DNA from: Eledone cirrhosa | Taxonomy: Eukaryota | Direction of reading: 5' to 3' | DNA: 64,000 nt | NCBI GenBank assembly: GCA_964016885.1 | Contig: OZ024742.1 | Span: 366,296,001-366,360,000, forward strand | The notes under the pieces: model-generated | The model's database searches: none | Told to the model about the DNA's origin: nothing | What the model saw: only the letters and a program-made list of their open reading frames with translations | Shown: one piece after another, positions 14,424 to 30,154 of the stretch | Layout of the letters: each line of letters starts with the position of its first letter | Position numbering within the stretch: the first letter of the stretch is position 1 | Position numbers and translations under genes: made by a program

Positions 14424-14966
14424 TAATCACAAACACACGGAAGGGAAAGAAAGAAATAGAAAACAATCTTATTTAATCATAGCTCGTGTCTGTCTTCAAT
14501 TTAAAAAAGAACGCTGTCTTTCACTAGAAGCTATTTCAAAATGAAATATCTTTTCTCAGTCCACTTAATGTAATATCGACTAAAGTATTATATAAGACAA
14601 ATTGTATTTTATTGTCCTAACATCACCTAGTCAAATGCTATTGTATGATTTAACAATAAAACCAATCCTGGAACATTTAGCATGAAATGAGATTAGACAG
14701 ATAGAGAAGTAAGGTGAAACCTTGGAGCTGTGTTCATTCAGATAGACACCCCCACATCACTACCCTTCCCTCCTTCTTCTGGTTACCTTTGGAACAACAT
14801 CTACAATACTTCATTTTGAAAATAAGAAGAATAACAAAACAATCAGCTACCTTTAGGGTTCGATAAATTGTCTTATCGATATCGTATGCTGACTTAACAC
14901 ACGACATATATATAGACACAAGCCGAAATCGCTCCGCGGTCGTGATTTTACATATCTCTCTCTCTC

Positions 14967-15020
<54 letters not shown>

Positions 15021-15036
15021 CACATATATATGATGA

Positions 15037-15151
15037 ACCTCTATAACTATATAACACACGCTGATGAACCGAGACTAGACCATTTCTTTCAACAAATTTT
15101 TTGGTGAAACATATCTTTGGATTTGTACGTGTGTTATATAGTTATAGAGGT
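15037..15151 (+). ncRNA. Type I hammerhead ribozyme with 24-bp perfect helix I
   Basis: ACCTCTATAACTATATAACACACG (15037-15060) pairs with 15128-15151. CTGATGA 15061-15067, helix II ACC/GGT, GAAA, helix III CA-TATC/GGAT-TTG, GUA triplet. Confidence 0.8.
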
Positions 15152-15418
15152 ATTTATTTACGCTTTAATTTATATTTTTAATTATCGTGTCTATAGTCTG
15201 CCTTTCATAGGTTATAGATTCCATACACTGGTGGTTTTTTCCCTGTATTATTGATAACGCACTATATATCTCTCTCTGGTGTGTTACCTTCTCAACATAT
15301 TATATTTTAAAGGGCTCAGGATCTCTTCCCCTTTGAGCACATTATTTACAGGGAATAACGACGGCCTATGCCTCCGTTAATTTATCGTGATATATATATA
15401 TATAGAGAGAGAGAGATA

Positions 15419-16279
15419 TGTTTCTTTATTAGCCACAGGGGCACAAAAGAAGGGGACAAATACAAAGGGGGAAGTTTACATACAATAAAAACGTGTAAAA
15501 TGTTATCACAAATGCAATTTAAAAAGTTAGTCGATTTTCCCCAATAGGGGGAGACAGTTCATATGGGTAACACATACCCCCGAAAAAATGTGCAACCCTC
15601 AACTCCAGGAGTACGAAGAGTTTGTACTCCTTTCCTCTCCTCCTCCTTTTCCTCAACCTACAGGCTGATATAGAGAGAAGGCCCATTCACTCGGGCCATT
15701 CTCGCCACTTTCACCCACCTTTCATAAAACTTTCTGGGTTACAGCACCTCTCTCTCCATCCTGATTCTTCTTCCAAAGTGGTATTTGAAAAAAAGAATCA
15801 GTTGTTGGCCGGAGAGAAAGGTGTCTGACTTCAGCCCTTTCAACCTTGTCCACCATACAACCTCTTTCGCCATAGCTATCACACAAAGGAAAACCGCCTC
15901 TCCTTAGTTTTTGAAGGAGGGTGGCGGTTTGATCATGACAATGGACTCGATGGATCTTCTCACCAAAGTAGCCCGCCTCTTCCAAAGGAATTGGAAGAGC
16001 GCGCGCTCCACTTTGGCGAGCGTTTTGGCTGGACAAGGCACGACGGTCAAGCGGTAGTAGATGGCGGACACTATAAAAGTGTTCGCCACCTCCGCTCGAC
16101 CTTTCAAGGATAGTTTGCACTCGGCCCACTTCTGGGTGAGTGCAAGCACCTTGGCCGTCACTTCGTTCCAGTTCTTCTCCACTTGGATGTCCGGACCAAA
16201 CCAGACCCCGAGCAGCTTTACCGGTCCTTCCGTCAAGCGTCCGACAACGCCATCGGAAGGCATCGGTTTGCCTCTCCAG
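15419..16279 (-). mobile_element. Tx1/L1-clade LINE, 5'-truncated with internal deletion, embedded in microsatellites
   Basis: VKLLGVWFG...NWNEV...KW...LSLKGRAEVANTFIVSAIYYRL...FQFLWK (post-RT region) fused near 15950 to C-terminal FLCVIAMAKEVVWWTRLK. 3' end ...CTAATAAAGAAACATATC runs into (TC)n/(TA)n, and the 5' junction lies in (GATA)n. Confidence 0.85.
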
Positions 16280-16561
16280 ATAGAGATAGATAGATAGATA
16301 GATAGATAGATAGGTAGTTAGACAGTAAAAGAACGATTTGTAATGTCATTACATTTGAGACGTAACGTGCGTTTCGCTAATGATCAGCTCAAGTTGATCA
16401 ATAGCGAAACCTGCGTCCCTACTCAATAAACGTAAAGAAGACATTACAAATCATCTTTTTAATATTATAATTACACTGTTTAGTTCTACAGCACGTTACA
16501 GACGTGAATCTACGCACCGAGAGCTCACCTGGGTGAACCTACAGTAACTGCACGTCACACT

Positions 16562-16618
<57 letters not shown>

Positions 16619-16679
16619 ATATATATATATATATCACAGAAAAAAAGAGAATCAGTGTTGCGACGAATGGAATTTATTG

Positions 16680-16775
16680 GATATATTACACTCGTTTCTC
16701 TAGCGACCAGCTCGAGGCACGATCGATGTGATGATTGAACCTGACTCTGAACATCGCAAGGTCCTCAGATACATC
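16680..16775 (-). ncRNA. Type I hammerhead, diverged relative of family B pLTR
   Basis: GATGTAT CTGAGGA [long helix II incl. CCTCGAGCTG] GAAA CGAGTG TA ATATATC. Aligns with 18925-19015 and 25060-25151. Confidence 0.7.
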
Positions 16776-16826
16776 TTGATTCTACGAAGAAGATTTTCCT
16801 ATATATACATGTATATCTATATAAAT

Positions 16827-17001
16827 GAAAATTTCATAGGCTAACAATAAGGAAGTTATGCTAGAGGTGTGAAATCGTGCATACATTAATTTCAACTCTT
16901 CCTATTAATAAATGTAATGTTTCTTTCCAGGGACTATATTGATAAATAAACCACATTTGGTCATACTATGAGAGTACTTTGGTCAGCCTATGAACTTTTT
17001 C
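16827..17001. mobile_element. Small MITE-like element (Tc1/mariner-type TIR)
   Basis: GAAAATTTCATAGGCTAACAA versus TTGGTCAGCCTATGAACTTTTTC, an imperfect inverted repeat. Confidence 0.45.
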
Positions 17002-17025
17002 TACCATTACCTGAATATATATATA

Positions 17026-17069
<44 letters not shown>

Positions 17070-17074
17070 ATATA

Positions 17075-17137
<63 letters not shown>

Positions 17138-17138
<1 letters not shown>

Positions 17139-17339
17139 AAAAAGTATTACCCCGACGGCAGAACTGAAGCCGTTTCGACGGCTATTTCTGGACAGAGATG
17201 GAGTCCAGAAATAGCCGTCGAAACAGCTTGAGCTCTGCCGTCGGGGTCATACATTTTCCTATTTCCCACTCTACTACCTAAGTATTGAGTACTCTGGTGC
17301 GTTATGGTCCATCTGGTTCCTTACCACAATTCCTTTGTT
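17138..17339 (+). mobile_element. PLE family A fold-back insertion
   Basis: ~55-bp inverted arms plus ~80-bp tail, between (TA)n runs. Confidence 0.85.
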
Positions 17340-17450
17340 ATATATATATATATATATATATATATAACCAAATTTTGTATATTACACACTTCGTCCCTTG
17401 AACTAAATGCTCTGCCATCTTTGGATATAAAATGTTTTACGAAATTCACT

Positions 17451-17482
<32 letters not shown>

Positions 17483-17997
17483 ACACATACACACACACAC
17501 AACCACACACACATATATATATATTTAAAGAGTGGTGTGCTCATGCACGGAGATGCTTATAAAATAATTTGAAGCATCTTATATACGCCCAATTCTGAAG
17601 TCCTTCGGTTAACCAAAATATCGCCACAGCTCAACTTAAAAAACTCCTGCCTATAATGTTGCTGACACTGACAGTGGTGGGCAGGTATGTTAGGGAGAAG
17701 GGTAGGGTTTTCTGATAGTGATACAACCATGAGTGTGTGTGTGTGTATATGTGTGTATGTATGTGTGGTCGTTGTTTGTGTGCGTATGCATGTGTATAAA
17801 CTTTGTTTCTGTGTAAATTTGGCATCAACTCGTGTGTATGTTTGTGAAGTTGTTTCTCTCTATTTACACATGTGTGCGTCAACGTGGCTGTATGTGCGTG
17901 TGTGCATGAATGCATGTGTGCCTGTGTTTTTATGTGTAGCGTTCGTGTGTGTGAAGTCGTTGTTTTTCTCTGTGTTTAGAGTGGTGAGAATTGGCAA

Positions 17998-18063
<66 letters not shown>

Positions 18064-18369
18064 ACGTTAAATTCTCGTAGTTCGTGATGGGTAATCCCTG
18101 TATTTTCTCAGTTTTATGTTTCCTTGCTTCTGAGTTAAGCAGTTTTCTATTGTATTTATATTCAGCAAAGTTAGCAGAAAGCTTAAAACTCTGTGTTGTG
18201 GCCTGGAATAAATAATATAACGTCTAAATAAATCCATTTTATAAAAACTACATCAAAAACTACAGCAAGAAGCAAAAAATAGGATGAGAAAAATCTAGAG
18301 ATTAGCTAACACGAACAATGAAGCTCACCATCGTAAATACACACACACACAGACACACACACAGACACA

Positions 18370-18474
<105 letters not shown>

Positions 18475-18551
18475 TATATCTTTCTAAATTAATATGCATC
18501 GCGAACTACCCTGATTTGCAGTCTTTCCGTTCTTCACACCATGAACATTTC

Positions 18552-18607
<56 letters not shown>

Positions 18608-18619
18608 TGTGTGCATATG

Positions 18620-18778
18620 GTTTCTAATTTAGGCCCAAGGAAAGGGAATGTCGATTGAATTGATACCAGTGCATTACTGGTACTTTATTTTATCGACCTC
18701 GTAAGGGTGAAAGGCAAAGTTAACCTCGGCGGGATTTGAACTATATGCCGCAAAGCATGTTGTCCGACGCTCTACCGA
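18620..18778 (-). mobile_element. tRNA-derived SINE
   Basis: Reverse complement of the SINE body with B box GTTCAAATCCC. Confidence 0.75.
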
Positions 18779-18924
18779 TATATATATATATATATATATA
18801 CGTCTTATGGTAGCTAAGATGCGTCCATAGGCAGTATGCCGGTTGAGCACTCTATGCTCCTACGGAACAGAGTATGATAGAATAGAAAACGAAGAATCAG
18901 TGATTCATCGGAACTCAATTTAGT

Positions 18925-19015
18925 ACGTATTACAATAGTTTCCCGGCAAACAGCTCGAGGTGCGATCTGTGTGTGGGTCAACCTGAGTCTGGATGAGCAG
19001 GTTCCTCAGACACGT
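18925..19015 (-). ncRNA. Type I hammerhead in 3' pLTR (sense to ORF)
   Basis: ACGTGT CTGAGGA [~58-nt helix II region] GAAA CTATTG TA ATACGT. Confidence 0.75.
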
Positions 19016-19442
19016 CTAGTGATTTCGGAGCAAATCCTCTTTCTCGGGTTCAGACCTTACGAGTTTATATCATCCGCCTTCATCCTGTTTACGTGTCCTT
19101 AGATTGGTCACTGGTTAGTGACGTCCTCATAGTCCTGTCCACTGGAAGCAGCCCACTGACCATCGGGGCGTGAGTTGTCACTCACCCCCGACAAAATTAC
19201 TGCTGTGTCACGTGCCTATATTCACTCCCACACGCAGAGACACGGACAGGGACATAAAGAATAGCTTGCGTGCTTCCGTTCACACGTGTACCCACAGAAA
19301 CATATACACATATCTATATATATACACACACATACACAGTCACACAAACACACACCTGTATATATACATACACACACGCACATACACACGCATACATATA
19401 CATACATATACATGCACACACACACACACATATATATATATA

Positions 19443-20795
19443 TAACGAAGGAATTGTGGTAAGGAATCAATTGGACTATAACGCACCAGAGTACTCAGCA
19501 CTTAGGGTAATAGAGTGGGTAATAGGAAAATATATGACCCCGACGGCAGAGCTCAAGCCGTTTCGACGGCTATTTCTGGACTAAATTAGAATGTTTGGCC
19601 TGGTAAATAAATAGCCGAACTTATCAAGGGGTACTTCCTTATATTGGAAGATTGTAATTGTCAAGAGGATTGGTCAAAATTTGTTGTATAGACAAATAAA
19701 TCTATCATGGCATTTGGTGGGAGGTAGGGGGTGGCAGATTGCGTAGGACTTACCTCGCCCTCAAACCCCATAACGACCCGGGTGGGTAGACAAGTGCTGA
19801 TACTCCCCCACTTGCCGAATAAGTAAGGGGAAACCCCTGCTTACATAGGTAGACGTACCTCTTTCTTTTCCTCTACGTTTCCTTCTTCCCCCCGTCTCAT
19901 CCTATCACTTCCTTCCACCCCCGATCTTCTTTCTCGTCTGTTTTTTACCCCTTTCGCCTACCCCGATGCAGCCCATCGATCCTCTGTAGCCTCAGTACAC
20001 CCACCCCTGTATTTTAAAGATAGAATTGGCCGATTACGCTTTATTAACTATTTATAGCAGATGTGTTAGACCCCTGTAATTTATTCTTTTTTGTTACTAC
20101 TCCAATTCTACAATTTCAAAATTTCTTATTTAGTATTTTCTTTTCTCAACTTATTAACCTGTAATTGTAAGATAGCATTGGCTGATTACGCTTTACTAAC
20201 TATTTATAGCAGCTGTGTTAGCCCCCCCCCCCCTCGGAAAAATTTGCATTATATTTTTCACTACCCACTTCTACAATTTCTTATTTAGTATTTTCCATTC
20301 TCTACTTATAAAACTTTTCTATAACTTTACCGTACAAGTAACACCTACTAATTTTAGCAGCTGTTTCCAGACTCTACCGTTTTGGATTTTTTATTCATTT
20401 CTCACTATCTAATTTTATATATATATATATATATATATTTATTTATTTTCATTGTCTCCTACTCCCATTCGACTTACCTATTCTTTAAACTCTCCTCCTC
20501 CTTTTCTCCAGAAGAATTTTTCGACTTTTCATACACTATCCTTAGAATCGGCTGTATAGATTTCACTTTCAACGCCTGACTGGCTTTACTCACTCCCTCT
20601 TTGTTCTACCGGTAAGTTCAGCCACCCCTACACCCCCCACCAAATGCCATGATAGATTTATTTGTCTTTACAACAAATTTTGACCAATCCTCTTGACAAC
20701 TACAATCTTCCCATATAAGGAAGTACCCCTTGATAAGTTCGGCTATTTATTAACCAGGCTAAAAATTCTAATTTAGTCCATAAATAGCCGTCGAA
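19443..20795 (-). mobile_element. Longest PLE family A copy, non-coding, nested in family B 3' UTR
   Basis: ~170-bp inverted repeat (19563-19735 and 20630-20795), internal ~70-bp direct repeat (20005-20075 and 20158-20225), and the family A tail 19443-19536. Confidence 0.8.
19537..19632 (-). ncRNA. Type I hammerhead with U3-A8 core variant
   Basis: ACCCC TTGATAA G..CGGCTATTT/AAATAGCCG..C GAAA CGGC-TTGAGCTCT-GCCG TC GGGGT, with a GUC triplet. Confidence 0.85.
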
Positions 20796-20868
20796 TTTGC
20801 TCTGTAACTTACATAGAGCACTCTTCACTCCTATGACTTTTTCAATTTTCAACGGAAACTTCAATACT

Positions 20869-20900
<32 letters not shown>

Positions 20901-21528
20901 GCTACACACACACCTATATATATATATACACACATATATATTTTTTTCCGCTACACATGTGTACATACATACACACACACTCATACATATACACTTACAT
21001 ATATATATATATATATATACACATACACACACACAGACATACATACACATATATATATATACACGTGTGCCCCAGGGATGCGCACACGTGCTTAAATATG
21101 CATTTATATGAGCCTACTCTACACACACACACACAGACACAGACACACACACAGACACACACACACATGCATATACACACATAGACACGTATGTGTACAC
21201 GCGTGTGCAGATGCATGCATGCACACGCACATAGGCACACCCGAACGCATGCATATACATATAGTTACATACATACGTGGAAAGATACATGAGGTTTTAC
21301 ATAATGGAATGCGTGGAGGAGATGTACACACTACTGAAAAGATACATATGCGAGGAGTGCGTGAACTGGCTATACTGGAGTATGTACTGTGGGTGAGATA
21401 GAGTGCCTTATTGATGTATGGTATGGGATTGAATATCCATGGAAATTGAGCCACCGTGTCCCGGCTCCTGCGATGTCGTTGCTTAAGATGACGTGCAGAG
21501 TCCGATAGGCAGCATAGATTGTGTCGTC

Positions 21529-24626
<3,098 letters not shown>

Positions 24627-24662
24627 GGCGATTCGCTGTAAGCGTTCTAGTAGAGAAGGAGC

Positions 24663-24793
<131 letters not shown>

Positions 24794-25059
24794 CAAGCTA
24801 TTCTGTATGTGTCTGTCCGTGTCTCTGCGTGTGCGTGTCTCTGCGTGTGGGTGTGAGTATAGGCACACACAGCAGTATTTTTTCCTGGGGTGAGTCACAG
24901 CTCAGGCTCCGATGGTCAGTGGGCTGCTTCCAGTGGTCAGAACTGTGATGACGTCACTAACCAGTGACCAATCTAAGGACGCGCAAACAGGATGAAGGCG
25001 GATGATATAGACTCGTAAGGTCTGAACCCGAGAAAGAGGATTTGCTCCGAAATCACTAG

Positions 25060-25151
25060 ACGTGCCTGAGGAACCTGCGAATCCAGACTCAGATTGATCC
25101 ACACACAAATCGCACCTCGAGCTGTTCGCCGGGGAAACAATTGTAATACGT
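25060..25151 (+). ncRNA. Type I hammerhead in inverted 5' pLTR
   Basis: ACGTGC CTGAGGA (25066-72)...GAAA (25134-37), palindromic CAATTG, then TA ATACGT. Confidence 0.75.
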
Positions 25152-25185
25152 AATAAATTCAGTTCCGAAGCATCACTGATTTTTC

Positions 25186-25262
<77 letters not shown>

Positions 25263-25777
25263 ATAATACATTTAAGACATCACAGAAAAGAAATACCAAA
25301 GAAAACATGGGTAATTATGCCCTCCAACATCGCCAATTCTTCACAAGGAAGTAATTGGTGAACTGCAAGCTGACGTAACAGAAGGTTTTACGTTGCCACA
25401 GAAGGGTGTTGTCATTGAGTCCCTTATTAAGAATCCCAATTTATATATATATTGTTATACTTGGGGAGGGGCATATTGTTGTAATAATATTGCCACAAAT
25501 AATAACAGAACACATTCACTGTTTGGCTGGTTTTTGCTTCTGCATCATTTATATCTCCATAGTTAATTTATTTGGCAATCAATGTTTATCATTGACTGAC
25601 CAACGGTTAAAAATACAGATATAAATATAATAATAATAATGATATTATTTATTGTTATGTATATACTATAAACAGGAAAGGTCAATAATTTATTACTACC
25701 TTATCACCTGTAAGGTAAATAGCTCAATGTAAGAACATCAGGTGTTTTACAGAGCAGGATATAAATATATATATATA

Positions 25778-25825
25778 GACTAACAAAGTTCTTTCATTGC
25801 ATATCTGCAACATCATCAGTGGTGC
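25778..25825 (-). ncRNA. Partial hammerhead motif abutting (TA)n
   Basis: CTGATGA, helix II TTGCA-GATA-TGCAA, GAAA...GTC. The 3' strand of helix I is missing. Confidence 0.45.
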
Positions 25826-26055
25826 TATTATGTCTCCTCCTGTTGTATTCTATGTCTACGCTATTATATATATATATATAAGGTTGAGTAAAACTTTAGG
25901 CAGTATTCGGCTGCGCTTTCTAGCAACCAGCCTACTCGCCGACAGGCACCAATAACAAACTTTCTGCTTTGACTACTAGCCACGTGATGATTCATAGCCA
26001 TTTTGAATTTGTTTCTGGCGGGGATCATGTAAGAAACATTTTGTCCAATTGAGTT

Positions 26056-26138
26056 TATCTCCTGATGATTTCCAACCTCGTTGATTTATCCAAGATCGGA
26101 TATACTCCAAAATGGAATGAAACCGGTGGGTAGAGATA
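26056..26138 (+). ncRNA. Type I hammerhead ribozyme
   Basis: TATCTC CTGATGA TTTCCA...TGGAAT GAAA CCGGTGG GTA GAGATA. Lies within a ~550-bp (TA)n-flanked element (25880-26430). Confidence 0.8.
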
Positions 26139-26537
26139 TTTTGATGATTTTGGTAGGTTTATGTACATTTTTTCTTCTGACTTTGATTTTGTATTTAATT
26201 ATGTAAGGTTAACTATATGTCTAGTCAATTTCTACAGGCTATCAGAAATACTAGGTAAATTTTCTGTAGCTATGAGTCGCGGATAAAAAGCTATATCATT
26301 TATCCATTGTTTCTTCATAAGTATATTTTAAACTTATAGGCTCATTTAAATGATTTTTTGTGTGGTTGATTTATGCTGATTGGGAGAAGAAATACTGTAT
26401 ATATTTTATCTAATGATTCTATAGACTTACTTTATATATATATATATACAAGAAAATGAGTTGTTTTTTTCTTAAACCAGATGTATAAGAAAAAGAAATT
26501 GAAAATGTAACTGGAGTCTTTTAAGAATATTTATTTA

Positions 26538-26581
26538 TTTACTTTACCGGTTTCACAGTTCTTACGATTTTCAAAAGTAAA
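26538..26581 (-). ncRNA. Minimal hammerhead, U3-A8 variant (family E, element ~26450-26646)
   Basis: TTTACTT TTGAAAA TCGTAAGAACTGT GAAA CCGG TA AAGTAAA. Homologous to 47387-47424. Confidence 0.7.
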
Positions 26582-26687
26582 ATTGAGATGGAGGGTTTGT
26601 CTCGCATCTGATGCGAGACAAACCACAACAGAAACACAAACCCAGTTATATATATAAATATATACACACACACACACACGCACACAG

Positions 26688-26759
<72 letters not shown>

Positions 26760-26976
26760 TCAATGTCTATGTATCATGCACTTCTGGCTTATTTTTATAT
26801 ACTTTGTTGAGATCTACTGGCGCAATTTTTAAATTGTTTGAAATTTAACCGCCTAAATATGTGATTAGTTCTATTGTGTAGACCTGTAGTTCCTTCCTCT
26901 TTTGGGTGTCATGTTGCACTGTTAGGTGTCATGGACTACTATCTAGTCACTCTCAAATCTTTATGAGATAGAATAA

Positions 26977-27215
26977 TTAAGGACTGAATTCCGTTGATGA
27001 CTCGCTGTATTGCTTCTGGCTGCGGATGTTTTTTTTCTGGATGTCTCTGGGATTAATGCGTAGCTTCTGCGCATTGAGTGAAACACTTGCACATCCGAGC
27101 GCAGGATGCATCGAAGAAACTAACGATATCTGTTGCTCCCACATAACAACCATTTTGCCAGTGACTAATTGTGTGCGCTCTGAATTACCAGCTGCCACCT
27201 CGGAAATGTAGGTTT
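26977..27215 (-). CDS. Candidate terminal coding exon, product unknown
   Basis: TTTTCAG acceptor at 27216 followed by ~79 open codons (TYISEVAAGNSERTQLV...SSTEFSP*) in a higher-GC, non-repetitive island. No family recognised. Confidence 0.3.
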
Positions 27216-27276
27216 CTGAAAATCATTGAGCGAGTGGAAACTTCGGCGGGCTAGTACAAATTCAATTTGTCTAATT

Positions 27277-27324
<48 letters not shown>

Positions 27325-27924
27325 CACTTAAAATGTGGCAATATTCGGCTAGATGGATGGAAGGAAATAAATTTCTATTTTCCATTAAATGAAAGTAAAT
27401 GAAAGGATAACTAATGAAAAGGAAACTTTAGGAATGGAAGGAGTCTGCGAAGAAAGAATTGTATTTGAGTATAAACTGAGAAATTTCCAATGTTTGTTCG
27501 AGAAGTATCGATTGAAAGAAGAGAGAAAGCAATAGTTTGAGGGAATTTCATAATTACTCTGCGCAACAGAACTAATAAAGGTCCATTCTTTGTGAATTGA
27601 GCAGAGGAACAAAAAGTTTCGCAAAATCAACCAAAATATAAGAGCAAAATTGAAAGGAATTTAAAACCAATTAAGGCATTTTCATTTCTTTTGAGAATGA
27701 TAATGGCTATAAGTTAAATAATAAATAAATTTTATAATAATAGAGGAAATATTTAATAGAATCGCGTTTTATTCTTAAAAGGAAATGAAATGAAATATTT
27801 CTATTCTTTGCTTTTCAGTCAGAATATAAAATATCAAAAACAAACTGTAATTAAAAATTAGACCAAACTTCAACACCTTCAAAATCCCATAAATAAAACA
27901 TCCGAAAATAAAAAATCAGCTATA

Positions 27925-28410
27925 TTAGAAATATTAGAAATATATTGAAAATGTAGAGTTTTGTTGCTGGGGTCGCAAAAATATACTTTAAATGTAGGGT
28001 TTCATTGCTGTATTTACAGAAATATATTGAAAATGTAGGGGTTTGTTGGTGGAGTCGTTACAGAAATATATTGAAAATAGAGGGTTTGTTGCTGGGGTCA
28101 CAGAACTATATTGAAAATAGAGGGTTTGTTGCAGTGGTCACAAAAATATATTGAAAATAAAAGGTTTGTTGCTGGGGTCACAGAAATATATTGAAAATAG
28201 AGGGTTTGTTGCTGGGATCACAGAAATATATTGAAAATAGAGGGTTTGTTGCTGAGGTCACAAAAATATATTATAGGGTCTTGTTGCTGGGGTCACAGAA
28301 ATATATTTTAATATAGAAGTTTGTTGCTGGTGTCACAGAAATATGTTGAAAATAAAGGGTTTGTGCAGGGGTTAGAGAAATATATTGTAGGGTTTTGTTA
28401 CTGGAGTCAC
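27925..28410. repeat. 40-bp minisatellite, ~12 copies
   Basis: CAGAAATATATTGAAAATAGAGGGTTTGTTGCTGGGGTCA recurs at 28061, 28101, 28141, 28181 and 28221. Confidence 0.9.
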
Positions 28411-28471
28411 ACTATTTCACACTTTCGTTATCATATCTCCAAATAAATACACTCTATTTAAAGTAATTAAT

Positions 28472-28740
28472 CATCTTCTCATCGAGTCGCTACACCAAAC
28501 CCATCCAGTGCTGCACACATAGCTTTGACTGGGGTGTCAAGGTTTCAAGATAGTTAAGTGTGCATGAATCTTCAAATTGGGGCAAGCTAGAAGGTGATCC
28601 ATCGTTTGTAATTGCCCGCATAGGCAGTTGGAATCATCACTGGTGGCATATCCCTATTTCTGAAGGTTTGCTCTACCACGAATAACAGCTGTTTGAAGGG
28701 GATTCAGGTAGGACCAGAAGAGCCAGGTAACACTGGAGCC
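28472..28740 (-). mobile_element. Ingi/Vingi-like LINE 3' fragment
   Basis: RGRANLQK*GYATSDDSNCLCGQLQTMDHLLACP (C-terminal CCHC knuckle) ...QHWMGLV*, followed by a short 3' tail. Confidence 0.65.
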
Positions 28741-29929
28741 AGAGGGGAGAGATGCTGTAGGGCTGAGAGAGAGAAAGAGAGAGAGAGAGAGACAGGGAGA
28801 GAGAGAGGGGGGAGAAAGAAAGAGAGGGGGTATTTAATGAGGAAGGTGGAGAGATTTACAAAAAACTGCTATAATTAAAGTGGTATTTCTAACATAACAA
28901 AATATTCTTTTTGTCTTCGCTATTTCTCTCGTTTTTGTTTCTTAATTACACAAGTTATTAGATACATCTGGTTTGTCTTACGAGCTCAATAAACTGATTA
29001 AATAAATATATGAATTGGTGATTTGGTTCCGCAGCAGCAGTAGATTGTTATAGAAGGGGTTGATAAACAGAAAACACGGCATCAATATAAGCAATGTCAA
29101 ACCTTACAGTATGTTAAATGTATCTCTCCCAATAGAATGATGTACAATACGGGGTTTTATGGTTCCATCTGAAGAGGAAGAGTGGTACAGCAATAATGTC
29201 CCGCTGATATAGTCAGAATCTTCTCTCTCATCCTTACCCCCTGTCCTGTCTAGCTCTCTTTCATCTGGCCCTCACCAATAAGGGAGTTGAACTACAAAAT
29301 ATGATATCTTTACTTTGTTTCTTATAGTAAATGTTGTGACTTGAAGATAGTATTAGCAATAGCAATGGAAACATTGTTTCCCTGGTCCAATCTGATCGGC
29401 TCCTTTTCTCCCTCTCTCTCACCTCTCTCTCTTTCTCTCTCACTTACTCTCTTATCTCTCTATTTTTCTCTCTCACTCACTCTCTCTCGCTTTCCATGTT
29501 TTACCTCTTCTCTCTCTCTCTCTCTCTCCCTCTCTCTCTCAGACTCCTTCTTTTCTATCTTCCTCTCACTATTTCCTTTTTAAACTTTTCCTTTCTTTCT
29601 TTCACTCATTTTTATTCCATTCTTCACCTTTCCTTATTTCTTTTTCTTCCTTTTGCTATTTTTTTGTTTTTGTTTGTTTCATTACCGTATCTGGTCCTCC
29701 CTCCTACCACCACCACCGTCACCACCACTGCCGTCACCAACGTCATCGTCACCACCACCACCACTACCGTCACCACCACTGTACCACCACCCCCACATTA
29801 CACCACCACCAGCACCACTCTAGATTATGACCACTCATCTCTCAGTTCAATATATTTCGATTAACGTCAACAATGAATTTCAATCAGTGATTATCAACTC
29901 TTTCTATTTTACTGATCTCTCACACATTA

Positions 29930-29981
<52 letters not shown>

Positions 29982-30154
29982 GTATTGTAGACGCTGTACA
30001 AGAAGTGCCAAGTAAGCAGGAAATGATCTTTCTTTGGTCGTCCATGTTGTGAGTTACATCAAAGTTGTAACAATACAGGAAAGTAAGAATTACATTCTCA
30101 ACTAGAACCAAAATATACCCTTTATTATTTTCAGTGACTTATTTCAGTGAAGTC

